This document shows positions 11,010 to 22,392 of a stretch of DNA of 64,000 nucleotides, piece by piece. Made by a program: the position numbers and the translations under genes. The stretch comes from an uncultured candidate division Zixibacteria bacterium (lineage in GTDB: Bacteria > Zixibacteria > MSB-5A5 > UBA10806), in NCBI GenBank assembly GCA_963817915.1, contig CAWFQL010000011.1, forward strand, positions 1 to 64,000. The letters run 5' to 3'. Each line of letters begins with the position of its first letter. The stretch's first letter is position 1. The notes beneath the pieces were generated by a model that worked only from the letters and a program-made list of their open reading frames with translations, did not search any database and was not told the DNA's origin.

Positions 11010-12411
11010 ATGCCTTTAAGATTCCTGAATACCCTGACCCGGAAAATAGAAGATTTCAAGTCGATTGAATCCAATTCCGTTCGCATGTACACCTGCGGCC
11101 CGACTGTCTATGCTCCCGCTCATATCGGCAATTTCCGGGCATATATATTTCGAGGATCTTCTTCGACGATACTTAATCTATAAGGGATTCAAGGTCAAGC
11201 AGGTGATGAATCTTACTGACATCGATGATAAAACAATCCGGGATTCCAACGCCGCCGGGATTTCGCTCACCGACCATACGAAAAAATTCAAGGATATGTT
11301 CTTCCGCGATCTCGACAGGCTCAATATCCAGAGAGCCGAATTCTATCCTGCCGCCACCGACCACATTCCCGAGATGGTTTCAATGGTACAGCAGTTGATC
11401 GCCAAAGGGCATGCCTATACCGCGGGCGGATTCGATTTATTTTAAAATTTCCACATTTCCCAAGTACGGCGCCTTGTCGCACATGAAAATGGAAGATCTC
11501 ATGGCCGGCGCCAGGGTCGATTCCGACGAATACGAAAAAGAAACAGTCTCTGATTTCGCGGTCTGGAAATCCTGGAGCGAACGAGACGGCAATGTTTTCT
11601 GGGAAACCGAACTGGGCAAAGGCCGTCCCGGATGGCATATCGAATGCTCCGCCATGTCGATGAAATATCTCGGCGAGCATTTCGATATTCATACCGGCGG
11701 AGTCGATAATATTTTCCCGCATCATGAAAATGAAATCGCCCAGTCCGAGGGAGTCACCGGCGAACGGTTTGTCAATTACTGGATGCATAACGCCCATCTT
11801 TTAGTCGAAGGGAAGAAGATGGCCAAGTCCGAGGGCAACTTCTTCACTCTCGATGATCTTGGTCAACAAGGGACATAATCCTATTGCAATTCGATATCTG
11901 CTCCTGGCAACCCATTATCGCCAGCAATTGAATTTTACATTCGATGGACTCGAAGGCTCCAAGGCCGCCGTTACCCGATTACGCGATTTTAAATCCAATC
12001 TCGGAATCATGCAAGACCGGCCCTGATAATCCGGCAGTGTCCGGTTCAATTAAAAAGGCCGTCGATGGTTTCGAATCCGGTCTCGATGACGATCTCAATA
12101 TCTCGCCATCGCTAGGGGCAATATTCGATTACGTCCGCGAGATCAACGCCGCCATCGCCGAAAATGGTCTATCCGATAAAGACCGCGCATCCGCCTTGGA
12201 AACCTTGAAACGATTCGATAGCGTCCTCGGAGTGGTCTATGTGAAAGAGGAAAATATCGATGACACGATCGAAAAATTAATCCAGGACCGAATCGCAGCC
12301 AAGAAAAACAAAGATTTCAAATTAGCCGACAAAATCCGTGCGGACCTGCTTGCGCAGGGAATTATTCTCGAAGACACCCCTTCCGGCACCAAATGGAAAC
12401 GAAAGATATAA
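11010..12411 (+). CDS. cysS: Cysteine--tRNA ligase (four +1 frameshifts ~11149, ~11430, ~11870, ~12000)
   Basis: ATG 11010 gives [11 protein letters not shown]...[16 protein letters not shown]; successive frames give [60 protein letters not shown]. Confidence 0.95.
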
Positions 12412-12425
12412 TTGCTATTAAATTT

Positions 12426-12531
12426 GTAGAGACGCAAAATCTTGCGTCTCTACTCGTACTTGTAGTTCAGTCGCCTGCGACCTGACGACATCGACAACGT
12501 TTTTTGCGTGTCAAAGCTTGCTTTGACCGCA
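12426..12531. repeat. REP-like cluster
   Basis: GTAGAGACGCAAAATCTTGCGTCTCTAC (12426-12453) and TGCGTGTCAAAGCTTGCTTTGACCGCA (12505-12531). Confidence 0.85.
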
Positions 12532-12629
12532 AAATGCGGTTGCGATCGTAGTGAAATGCGACAAGCAGAAAACGCCATGATATTCAATAATGGCATTGCC
12601 TTCAATAAAATAGTGCCGATAATCAAGAT

Positions 12630-13511
12630 ATGAAAAAAATTATCGTAATAATGATACTTGGAATGGCTTTCAGCCATAATATCGGTCTTTGCCAGAGCGA
12701 TGAAATTTCTGTTCTCGAACAGAAATTGAAATCCAATCCGTTGGATGCGGCTTCTGCTATTCGGCTTTCATATATATTGCTTGATCAGGATAATTTTGAC
12801 GGTGCCCTGGATATTGTTTCGGAATATCTCAAGCATGATAGCCTGAATGCGGACTTGGTATTTCTATATGGCCATATTCTGGATTTGCAGGATAATATAC
12901 CTATGGCCATAAAGTATTATCATCGCGCCTTGAAAATAGACTCGACATACTGGATGGCCTACCGTGCTCTTGGATATATGCAGGATATCTTTGTTAAATA
13001 CGATAGTATGACTTATTACCTGTCAAAAGCCATTCATTATGCGCCACATCCTGATAGCCTCTATTATGATTATGCCTATTCATTCGATTTGGCAGGAGTC
13101 AAGGATTCAGCAATGTGTTATTACTATAAGGCGCTTAAAGCCGACACGCTCGACAGTCAGGCTCTGATGAATTTGGCAGTCATGTTAGCTGAGGGCGGCC
13201 ATAATGATGGGGCCAAGGAATTTCTGCAAAAGTCACTAAAAATTAATCCCAATTCCGCTGAAGCCTGCTACGATTACGCCGAAATCTTGGCATTTCAGGA
13301 CAGCCTTGAGATCGCAATCAATTATTTCCAGAAAGCTCTGGCCTTGGATCCGAAACTCGTAGCGGTTAAGAAACGTCTGGGCGATCTTTACGAGGCTCTT
13401 AATGATTCCGCGATGGCCAAAATATATTATCAGGAATTTGTCGATACCGCCCCGTTTTTGTATGCCAAAGATATCGACGATGTAAAAGCAAAATTAAAAT
13501 CCTATAAATAG
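12630..13511 (+). CDS. Secreted tetratricopeptide-repeat protein
   Basis: Signal peptide MKKIIVIMILG...; repeated A..YY.KAL..D TPR motifs. Confidence 0.85.
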   Translation: MKKIIVIMILGMAFSHNIGLCQSDEISVLEQKLKSNPLDAASAIRLSYILLDQDNFDGALDIVSEYLKHDSLNADLVFLYGHILDLQDNIPMAIKYYHRALKIDSTYWMAYRALGYMQDIFVKYDSMTYYLSKAIHYAPHPDSLYYDYAYSFDLAGVKDSAMCYYYKALKADTLDSQALMNLAVMLAEGGHNDGAKEFLQKSLKINPNSAEACYDYAEILAFQDSLEIAINYFQKALALDPKLVAVKKRLGDLYEALNDSAMAKIYYQEFVDTAPFLYAKDIDDVKAKLKSYK

Positions 13512-13587
13512 TGGAGGCATGCCGCGGCATGTCTCAGCATGTTCCTAAAATGCTTTCCTGCGAGTCACGGCTTGCCGTGACCGCATC
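13511..13587. repeat. REP-like cluster
   Basis: GTGGAGGCATGCCGCGGCATGTCTC and TGCGAGTCACGGCTTGCCGTGACCGCA (13559-13585). Confidence 0.8.
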
Positions 13588-13807
13588 TAGTTGCTGGTGA
13601 TCAGGAAAAAACTACCGCAATTGTGGTTGACGTAAGCGCATCTTTTTGCACATCTTTTATCAAAACCTTATTATATATTAGAGAAGAATATCTATTTGTT
13701 TTCCATGATAAAATAACGCTTTAATACCCCATTTGTAACTTATTATACATCAAACTGTTAATCGCCACGCATTCCTTTTGGCAATGCCCAAATCAAATTG
13801 TCAATTA

Positions 13808-13823
13808 TGGCATACATATTGCC
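13808..13823 (+). promoter_or_regulatory. sigma54 (-24/-12) promoter
   Basis: TGGCATACATATTGCC has GG-N10-GC and matches TGGCAC-N5-TTGC. IHF-like CATCAAACTGTTA at 13748-13760. Confidence 0.65.
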
Positions 13824-13861
13824 ATTACTTATTGCAGGTAAAAAGAGGTTTTAGGCAATGA

Positions 13862-13944
13862 GCGGGAGTGGTGCGTGCTGGCCTACCAACCAGCCCCCCC
13901 GAATGATTCGGGGCATCCCCCTCCGCCACTCCCGCAAATTTTTT
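13862..13944 (+). ncRNA. Putative structured RNA element (multi-stem, followed by U-run)
   Basis: Outer stem GCGGGAGTGGTG/CGCCACTCCCGC encloses GCTGG/CCAGC and CCCCGAA/TTCGGGG hairpins; followed by AAATTTTTT. Confidence 0.45.
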
Positions 13945-13955
13945 AACGCAATCCG

Positions 13956-14063
13956 ATGAAAACGAAATTCAACAAAAGACCGCTATTGAGCAATACCGAA
14001 ATATCGATAATATTTATCGCGACCTTTATTGTAGCACTAATTCTCCTGGTCCCGCTCAAATAA
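13956..14063 (+). CDS. Putative 35-aa single-TM small protein (not in ORF track)
   Basis: MKTKFNKRPLLSNTEISIIFIATFIVALILLVPLK*. Its ATG overlaps the TGA of a 33-codon uORF (13858-13959). Confidence 0.5.
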   Translation: MKTKFNKRPLLSNTEISIIFIATFIVALILLVPLK

Positions 14064-14090
14064 CAATATCTATATTCAATATCTATAAAC

Positions 14091-14118
14091 TTGACATTCC
14101 ATCCACGCGTATTATTCT
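14091..14118 (+). promoter_or_regulatory. sigma70-type promoter of uvrC (apparently leaderless)
   Basis: TTGACA-N16-TATTCT, 6 nt before ATG 14125; no SD. Confidence 0.6.
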
Positions 14119-14124
14119 TTTGTT

Positions 14125-15957
14125 ATGCGCGACAAAATCGATCTGCAGACAAAACTCGACAATCTGCCCGATGACCCCGGATGCTATCTTTTCAAGGACG
14201 CCGAAAATAAGATTATCTATATCGGCAAGGCCAAGTCGTTAAAGAAACGAGTTCGCTCATATATTCCCCGACAACATCAGGATTCCAAAACCGAAAAAAT
14301 GGTTTCGCAAATCGCCGACCTTGATGTTTTGGTAACCTCGTCCGAGCGCGAAGCCCTGATCTTAGAATCTAACCTGATTAAAGAGCACAAGCCGAAATAC
14401 AATATCGATCTCAAAGATGATAAGCATTACCCATATATCAAGATAACCGCCAATGAATTATATCCGCGGCTTTTTGTCGTGCGCCGTGTGCAGAATGATA
14501 AAAGCCGTTACTTCGGGCCATACAGCAATGTCACCGCCATGCGGCAGACATTGAAATTGGTCAGGCGGCTTTTCCCCATCCGATCCTGCTCTCTGGAATT
14601 GCCATCGAAACGAAAATATCGCGTCTGTCTCGATTATTTTATTGGCAAATGTCCTGGTTGCTGCGAAGAGGGGAAAACAACGCCTGAATCATACCGCGCC
14701 ATGATCGATGAAGTGATTTTATTTCTCACCGGGAAATCCAAGGAGATTGTCGAACGGCTCAGGGTCCGAATGGATCATCTTTCGGATGAAATGAAATATG
14801 AAGACGCCGCCAAAGTCCGCGACCAGCTTAGAGGAATCGAATCGGTAATCCAGAAGCAAAGGGTTGTCTCGCCGGACCTGATGGATCGAGATGTCATCGC
14901 TGTATCGGTCGAGGGCAACGACGCCTGCGTGGCGATATTACAGGTGCGCGAAGGTGTCCTGCTCGGCCAGGAGCATTACGTGGCATCTACCGCCGGGCAA
15001 TCAATCAATGAGATAATAAGAAATTTTCTGCCTCGATATTATAAGACCGCGACCATATTTCCCGATGAAATTTTCATTGCGGATGGGATAGAAGATTCAG
15101 AATTGCTCGAAGAATTTCTGTGTGAATTGGCAGCCCACAAAGTAAAAATTGTAATTCCGCAACGAGGCGAAAAGGCCGCGCTTCTGGATATGGCCTTTAT
15201 CAACGCCAAACATAATCTCGACCTATATCTGGCCAATAAAAGCGCCAATAAAAAGAAAGCTCCCCACGCTATCTATTCATTGCAAAGAGATTTATATCTT
15301 CCTAAATTGCCCCGTTCGATTGCGGCCTGCGATATTTCGAATTTAGGCAAAGAGCTCGCGGTCGGATCCGTCGTTTATTTCACCGATGGCCAGCCACGCA
15401 AATCAGGATATCGCAGAATGAGAATCAAGACGGTTGCGGGACAGGATGATTTTTCCATGATGAGGGAAGTGGTCGGACGATATTTCAGCCATCTGGCGGA
15501 AAATGAGGAAGATAATCCCGACCTGCTTCTAATCGACGGCGGCAAGGGTCAGCTCAATGCCGGCCTGGACGCGTTAAAGGAATTGAATTTGACCGACCAA
15601 TTGGCAGTATCGCTTGCGAAAAAATTCGAGGAGGTCTATCTGCCGGGACGGTCCGAGCCGATATCGATCCCCCGAACTTCGTCATCGATAAAATTATTGC
15701 AGAGGATTCGCGATGAGGCCCATCGTTTCGCGGTGACCTATCATCGCAATCTTCGCTCGAAAAAGATCGAGGAGTCCGAATTAGACCTGATACCCGGCAT
15801 CGGCAAAAAAAGAAAATTCGATCTATTGGCGGTTTTCGGTTCAGTCGATGGAGTGAGGGGCGCCTCGATCGATGATCTCAAAGCCGTGCCCAATATGCCG
15901 GGGAATGTTGCCGATGCCATATTTGAACATTTCAGACAGGGAGATATAGATGAATGA
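14125..15957 (+). CDS. uvrC: Excinuclease ABC subunit C
   Basis: PDDPGCYLF..IYIGKAKSLKKRVRSY, DDKHYPY, DISN, IDGGKGQ, RDEAHRFA, C-terminal HhH. Confidence 0.98.
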   Translation: MRDKIDLQTKLDNLPDDPGCYLFKDAENKIIYIGKAKSLKKRVRSYIPRQHQDSKTEKMVSQIADLDVLVTSSEREALILESNLIKEHKPKYNIDLKDDKHYPYIKITANELYPRLFVVRRVQNDKSRYFGPYSNVTAMRQTLKLVRRLFPIRSCSLELPSKRKYRVCLDYFIGKCPGCCEEGKTTPESYRAMIDEVILFLTGKSKEIVERLRVRMDHLSDEMKYEDAAKVRDQLRGIESVIQKQRVVSPDLMDRDVIAVSVEGNDACVAILQVREGVLLGQEHYVASTAGQSINEIIRNFLPRYYKTATIFPDEIFIADGIEDSELLEEFLCELAAHKVKIVIPQRGEKAALLDMAFINAKHNLDLYLANKSANKKKAPHAIYSLQRDLYLPKLPRSIAACDISNLGKELAVGSVVYFTDGQPRKSGYRRMRIKTVAGQDDFSMMREVVGRYFSHLAENEEDNPDLLLIDGGKGQLNAGLDALKELNLTDQLAVSLAKKFEEVYLPGRSEPISIPRTSSSIKLLQRIRDEAHRFAVTYHRNLRSKKIEESELDLIPGIGKKRKFDLLAVFGSVDGVRGASIDDLKAVPNMPGNVADAIFEHFRQGDIDE

Positions 15958-16582
15958 TGATCTCATCATAGAGATTTTGGAGCTGGGTCCGTATTTTGAA
16001 AATTGCTATATTGTTGGAGATAATGAATCGAAAAAAGGGATTATCATAGACCCTGGCGACGAGGCTGAAAAAATTATTTCATTCGTCGAGAGGCTGAATC
16101 TCGAAATAGAAAAAATAGTTATTACTCACGGCCATGTCGATCATATCGGCGCGGTCGATGAAATCCGCATGCGCTACAAAGTACCTGTAATGATAGGAGA
16201 GAAGGATGCTGTCAAGTTGACCGACTCCAATGAAAACCTATCCAGTCTTTCCGGCGACAATGTCTATTCTGACCCGGCTGATAATTTCCTCAAAGAAGGA
16301 GACATAGTATCAGTCGGTAAATATAATTTCAAAGTTCTCGAAACTCCCGGCCATACTGTCGGCTCAATATCAGTATATGGTAATGGAGTAGTATTCACCG
16401 GCGACGCGCTTTTTCTTGGATCGATCGGCAGAACCGATTTCCCCGGCGGGTCGCATGAACAATTGATATCATCGATTCAGCAAAAGCTGCTGACTCTTCC
16501 GGGTGAAACAATCGTCTACTCCGGCCACGGCCCCGATACCACGATCGAACAGGAGCGAGAGTTTAATCCGTTTCTATCATGA
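15950..16582 (+). CDS. MBL-fold metallo-hydrolase (glyoxalase II/YcbL-like)
   Basis: THGHVDHIG, TPGHT, FTGDALF.GSIGRTD, SGHG. Confidence 0.92.
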   Translation: MNDDLIIEILELGPYFENCYIVGDNESKKGIIIDPGDEAEKIISFVERLNLEIEKIVITHGHVDHIGAVDEIRMRYKVPVMIGEKDAVKLTDSNENLSSLSGDNVYSDPADNFLKEGDIVSVGKYNFKVLETPGHTVGSISVYGNGVVFTGDALFLGSIGRTDFPGGSHEQLISSIQQKLLTLPGETIVYSGHGPDTTIEQEREFNPFLS

Positions 16583-17410
16583 GCCGCTTGTCAGATTTTC
16601 ATGTCCATCCCAATTATTCAATCGATGCCACTGGCAGTATCATTGAATATTGTGATAGAGCTCTCGAACTCGGCCTCGAAGCTATCTGCTTTACCAGTCA
16701 TTATGATAGCAACCCGGCCAGGCAATCTATCGACGGTTGGTGGATCGAGAACGGCGATAGGATTAGAATGTCCGATGAGCTTATGAGCCGCTATATTCAT
16801 GCAATTTTGGATGCCTCCTCAAAATATGCAAAACATGGTCTTCGAGTATTTTGCGGCTTGGAGGTCGATTACTTCAAAGGTGTTGAGAGTGAAGTCGAAC
16901 GGCTAAAATCCAAATTCCCATTGGATTTCCTAATGGGCTCCGTGCATTGCCTAAAAAACATCTCAATTTCGGACAAGAATGAAGCTCCGCCTTATTTTGC
17001 AAAATATTCTCCATCCGAGATGGCTGATGATTATTTCGATCTGCTCTATGAAATTTCGCGATGCCGTCTATTCGATTCCATCGGGCATATTGATTATTAT
17101 ATCCGTTACGCGCCGGATTACTATGGCGAAAGAGTATCGGAAATATCTCTCCAACGATATGATCGAGTTTTTGAATCGCTTGTCAAAAACGGATGTCGGC
17201 ATCGAAATCAATACCAGCCAATTTAAAAGGGGTGGCAATGATTTTCATCCATCCCGAAAGATATTGAAAATGGCCATTGACTCGGGAGTCAGGATATCGT
17301 CGGTAGGCTCCGATGCTCATAAGCCATCCGATCTCGCCAAGGGTGTAGCCGAGGCCTATGAATTTCTGAATGGATACGGTATTAAACCTGCGTTCCCTCG
17401 AATTGTATGA
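16579..17410 (+). CDS. PHP-family phosphoesterase (HisJ-like; frameshift ~17190)
   Basis: DFHVH..YSID, FTSH, GLEVDY, GSVH, GHID; second frame has IEINTS...GSDAH. Confidence 0.85.
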
Positions 17411-18066
17411 GAAAGCTAACCCGAAGTTTCTATAACAGGCCCACAATCGATGTTGCCATTGATCTTCTCGGATGCCACCTCATCGTCAACGATAATGGTA
17501 TCAAGACCGGCGGCATAATAGTCGAGACCGAGGCATATATCGGCGAGGACGATCCTGCCTGTCATGCATTCCGCGGCCCCACCAAACGAAACAAAATCAT
17601 GTATGGCAAAGCCGGGTTTTTGTATGTTTATTTCACCTATGGCAATCATTTCATGCTGAATATCGTCACCGAACGAGAAGGGTTTCCATCGGCGGTTCTT
17701 TTGCGCGGCCTTGAACCCATATACAATATCGATATAATGGCATTGAGAAGAAAAACTGATAATATATCTGAAATCGCATCCGGCCCGGGCAAATTGGCCA
17801 AGGCATTGGATATCACGACCGACAATTACGGCACCGACCTCTGCGGGCAGGAAATATATCTAATCGGCCCTGCCAAAGAAAAATATGATATCTTGTCATC
17901 GCCACGAATCGGAATCGGAGATCACGGCCCCGAAAAATTATGGCGCTTTTATATTCGCGGCAATCCCCACGTATCCCAGATGAATAAATTTGTTAGAGAC
18001 AACAGTTGTAGTCTTCTCTCGGCCCGGAAAATTTCGTTCGATCTCAATAAAGGCAAAGTGCGGTAG
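17407..18066 (+). CDS. mpg: 3-methyladenine DNA glycosylase (AAG/MPG family)
   Basis: IVETEAY.G.DDPACH, YVYFTYG.H, AVLLRGLEP, SGPGKL, PRIGI. Confidence 0.93.
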   Translation: MRKLTRSFYNRPTIDVAIDLLGCHLIVNDNGIKTGGIIVETEAYIGEDDPACHAFRGPTKRNKIMYGKAGFLYVYFTYGNHFMLNIVTEREGFPSAVLLRGLEPIYNIDIMALRRKTDNISEIASGPGKLAKALDITTDNYGTDLCGQEIYLIGPAKEKYDILSSPRIGIGDHGPEKLWRFYIRGNPHVSQMNKFVRDNSCSLLSARKISFDLNKGKVR

Positions 18067-18087
18067 AGTCCAAAACACGCGACTAAT

Positions 18088-18315
18088 GTAGAGACATGCC
18101 ATGGTACCGTACACCATGGCATGTCTCTACCAGAAAAATAGCCATTCCTATTGTAGAGACGCAAAATCTTGCGTCTCTACTTATTATGGCATCGCATTCC
18201 GCCTTAAAAGACATTTTTCTTGCGTGTCAGGGCTTGCCCTGACCGCATCCTATAATCCTTCTCTTATTGCCAGAAGTAGGTCGGTGCTTGAGTCCGCCTC
18301 GGACGAAAACCCGAC
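18088..18315. repeat. REP-like cluster (four palindromes)
   Basis: GTAGAGACATGCCATGG...CCATGGCATGTCTCTAC (18088-18130), GTAGAGACGCAAAATCTTGCGTCTCTAC (18153-18180), TGCGTGTCAGGGCTTGCCCTGACCGCA (18221-18247), GTAGGTCGG...CCGAC (18276-18315). Confidence 0.88.
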
Positions 18316-18453
18316 ATTCCGACGACATCTTATCCTGCCTTAAAAGACATTGACAATCCTATATAAATCAATATGATATACCCCATGATAAAAACGTTGA
18401 ACTATCAATACTGTTTATAATGGTATATTAAGCCAAGAAGGCAACCCGAGTCT

Positions 18454-19098
18454 ATGGAACAATTTATTGCAAATGCCGTTTTTTTTCTGCCGCCATTTCT
18501 TTTGGCGATATCATTTCACGAAAGCGCCCACGCCTATGTGGCGAATCGATTGGGCGATCCCACCGCCAAAGACCTTGGCCGTATCACGCTGAATCCGATT
18601 CATCATATCGATATAATGGGACTGATCGTGCTATTTGTCGCGCATTTTGGATGGGCCAAACCGGTCCCGGTAAATCCCTATAATCTAAAGCATCCCAGAA
18701 AAGACAATCTCTGGATATCATTGGCAGGTCCGGCCTCGAATTTAATTCTGGCCTTTATTTCGGCGGTTGTTTATAGGCTTTTCTTTCCGTTATTAATGAC
18801 ATCTCAATTGGGCGCGTTTCTGCTGACCATGATCGAATTATCTGTCAGTCTCAACATCGTGCTGATGGTATTCAATCTTTTTCCATTACCGCCGCTTGAT
18901 GGTTTTCATATTCTCGAAGGCCTGGTTTCGACTGAGACTTATATCGAGCTCCAAAAGCTGCAAACAGTCGGGCCTATGATCTTGCTTGGAATTATCATGA
19001 TCAGTTCATTGACAAAGTTCAATATCTTCGCGATTATATTTGGCCCGATAGTATCGATACTGGGAGGGTTGCTTCTTGGCAGGCCGATCGGCTGGTAA
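18454..19098 (+). CDS. Site-2 protease (M50 family)
   Basis: HESAH zinc motif, LGDPTAK..GRITLNP, AGPASN, FNLFPLPPLDG. Confidence 0.93.
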   Translation: MEQFIANAVFFLPPFLLAISFHESAHAYVANRLGDPTAKDLGRITLNPIHHIDIMGLIVLFVAHFGWAKPVPVNPYNLKHPRKDNLWISLAGPASNLILAFISAVVYRLFFPLLMTSQLGAFLLTMIELSVSLNIVLMVFNLFPLPPLDGFHILEGLVSTETYIELQKLQTVGPMILLGIIMISSLTKFNIFAIIFGPIVSILGGLLLGRPIGW

Positions 19099-19790
19099 AT
19101 ATTGGTGGCTGACATTCATCGCCTTGTCAGTAGCATGTGTCCCGTCTATTACCAGAGATGATTCATTAAATCCCAAATTGTTATTTTCAGTCGGCTCATC
19201 ATTTCTCGAAAACTCAACTACCATAGCTATAAAAGGCAAAATAGAATTCGAATCTCATAATTCTATCCAGACCGGTAGTTTTATTCAATATATGAATGGT
19301 CCCGATTCGATCTCGTTTTTGATTGAAGGCCCGTTCTCCGCCGACGTCTTCAGAATGATTATCATCGATTCTACCGCCAGTATTTTGGGCAGCAGCGACG
19401 ATGGCTGGCAGGAATTTCATAGGGGAGAGGATATCAATATCCCCGATTATGGCCTTGAAAACATTTCGCCATTTCTAATAGGTTTATTCATTTTCCCTCA
19501 ATATTATATTCATGATAGAAATTTCGGTAGAAAGTACTTTTCAAAGTGATCTCGATTTCAAAGGTGAGAATATACAATCCATCTGGAATGACAATACAAA
19601 GCAATTCTCTCTATCAGACAAAAATTCCGGCATTCTTGCCGTCTACACAAATAAGAAATCCATTTCCAACGGTTATTATCCATCGAAAATGATCATTATC
19701 GGTTCTGATAATTCCTGGCAGATTTCGTTGCAAATTACCAAAATTGTCTTGAATAAGGACATTCCCTCGAAAGTCTGGTCCACTGAATAG
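19076..19790 (+). CDS. Putative lipoprotein, LolB/DUF4292-like (frameshift ~19520)
   Basis: Lipobox LSVAC; beta-rich IKGKIEF...DSISFLIEGPF; C-terminal YPSKMII...ISLQITKIVLN in the second frame. Confidence 0.5.
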
Positions 19791-19858
19791 CAGATTGCCT
19801 CGTGTGATTGGTGTAAATATTTCTTGACAAATTGGACGTTATTTGTATCTTTTAATTG

Positions 19859-22391
19859 ATGCGGTCATTGAGAATATCCAACACCCCGTCGAACTGCTTA
19901 AGCTGTTTTAAGATAATAAGATATAGTTTTTATTCTTTGATGTTCTTTGCCCTTTTAGCAGTTATTTCGAGTATATTTAATTTATCATCCATTACGAATG
20001 CCTCAACTTTGCAGGAAAAACAGCAGTGGCTCAAAAATAACTCTGACAATTTGACTATTCACACAGGTCGCGCGCCTTTGCCCCTCGCGAGCGGGGGCCC
20101 CGATGCCTACGGCTATTTCTTTATCGATTCTGAAGATTCCGCTTCCAATAAGCCGATTTTTCTCTGGAAAGACATTTCAGCCGTTGCGGAGACCCTCTCA
20201 TTTAACCAGGATGACCAAATACTTGGGCCTTTCCCGATCGGTTTTGCGTTTTCATTTTACGGACAGTTATTTGGAAATCTGTATATATGCTCCAATGGTT
20301 ACGCGTGCTTTTCAGCGAATCCGGCCGATTTTCTGAATGATCCAATACCCAATCCCGACGCGCCAAATAATATGCTGGCGCCATTCTGGGATGATCTTAC
20401 TCCGGATACCGGGAGTCGAATCTTTTTTTACAGTAATAGAATGGATTCCTGCATAATAACCTGGAACAACTTCGGCAGATATTCAGGCGAGGGTCGATAT
20501 ACGTTTCAGATTATCCTGACTGCCGGAAAAATCATCTTCCAATATCTTTCGATGACCGGAGTTCTTGATTCTCACACCATCGGTATCGAAAATACGTACG
20601 GTACTATTGGTCTCCAATATGTTTATAATAGCCATAAAGACGAGTCGGGGACTGCCATATATTTCGGACCGATGGGCCCCAGGTACGCCCAGCGCGACGT
20701 TATGCCTGTCGCAGTATTATCACCATCGTCGTACGGAGGAATTAATGATACTATCAGGCCGCTTGTGCGATTCTATAATGGCGGCATGTATTCGGAAACA
20801 TTCAACAGTCGTCTCATGATTTATCAGGATACTCTCGTATATGACCAGCGGGTTCGAATAAATCTTTTAGCTCCCACTCGCACTACCGACATAACATTTC
20901 CCAATTATATCCCGCCCGGGATTGGACAATATCATATAGTCGCTATTAGCGAGCTTTCCGTCGATCAACGTCGCGGGAATGACACTCTAAGAATAGATTA
21001 TTCCGTATATCCAAATATTTATCGTCAGAATTTCGAGGCCAGCAACGGTAATTTTATTGGCAATAATGATTGGCAGTGGGGCAGATCCATGCCACAACCC
21101 GTCGCGCATTCGGGTATCAACGACTGGGCGACCAACCTTGATAGCAATTATACCAACGGTCCATTGCTATCGAGTCTTGTCTCCGATACTATCAATCTTG
21201 GCACCGGCGCGACAATGTCATTCTGGCATTGGTATGATATCGAAAACCTCTTCGATGGCGGCAATGTCAAAATATCCACCGACAACGGCCTGTCCTGGAA
21301 TCTGGTGACACCGGAAGGCGGCTACGACGGCATAATAGCCTCCGATTTTCAGAATCCGCTCGGTGGCCAGCCCGGTTTCTACGGCTATCATCGCGCATGG
21401 TCGCTGGAATCTTTCGATCTCTCGGAATACTCGGCGCATACTATAAAAATTAAATTCGATTTCGGCGCGGATAATTCTTACACGTCAGTGGGCTGGTATA
21501 TCGATGATCTCATGGTAGTGGGCACCGGCAGATATACTCCAGGATGGATCACAGGTATTGTAACAGACCTTACTACCGGGATGCCTGTTTCCAACGCCTC
21601 CGTAATTTGCGGCAACCGCAGCGATAGCGTTGAATCCGATGGCCGCTATTTTATCGAATTGATGTCATCGACTGTCAGCCTGACTGCCAATGCGATTTAT
21701 CATAATACTGTTACTATCCCCGGCATCACAATACCTGCGGGGGATACGATTGATCAGGACATAGCCTTGCCATCCCCGCGCATTCAAGTGGATACGGCAT
21801 CTATTTACGCCGAGCTTTATAGCGGAGATACCCTGGCTGTCGTACGGCAAATATTCAATAACGGTTCCGGCAACCTCGATTACACTATAGTTCTCGAAAA
21901 TGCATCCGATTCGATCTGGCTCTCGGCCGATCCGGTGCAGGGTACCATAGAGCCATATCAAAATCAAATTGTGACGATTTTATTGGACCTTCGAGATTTC
22001 ATTCCCGATTCCTGATTCAATTTATTCAGCCCGTTTAAGAATTAATAACAACGGCGAAGAAATCCCCGATATACCGGTAGTAATGTCTATCAGAACCGGC
22101 ATTGATGACCAAAGTTCACTTCTGCCTCATTCATTTGCGCTTTATCAAAACTATCCCAATCCATTCAACCCTGTGACCAAGATATCATTCGATCTGCCGA
22201 CAGCGTCTGATATATCATTGGAGCTATTCAATCTTCTCGGGCAGAAGGTGGCCATTTTGGGGCAGGGAGCGATGGAAGCCGGGCGACACGATATAACATT
22301 CGATGCCGGTAATTACGGCTCCGGCGTCTATTTCTATAGGCTCACCGCCGGCAATTATATCAATATCAAAAAGATGACCCTGCTAAAATAG
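19859..22391 (+). CDS. Large secreted multidomain protein with T9SS type-A sorting domain (frame break ~22010)
   Basis: GGPDAYGY.FIDS, IGFAFSFYG..SNG..APFWDDL, FDGGNVKIS..GWYIDD, carboxypeptidase-regulatory-like and BACON-like segments. The frame continuing into 22083-22391 ends QNYPNPFNP...SGVYFYRL...KKMTLLK. Confidence 0.8.
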
Positions 22392-22392
22392 C

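Noticed and set aside
11010..12411. cysS pseudogene or programmed frameshifting
   Set aside because: Essential gene with intact motifs; four independent shifts without slippery-site context fit sequencing error better.
13862..13936. tRNA gene (about 75 nt, GCGGGAG/CTCCCGC stem)
   Set aside because: No T-loop (GTTCGA) in the right position and no anticodon arm; the outer stem is 12 bp rather than 7.
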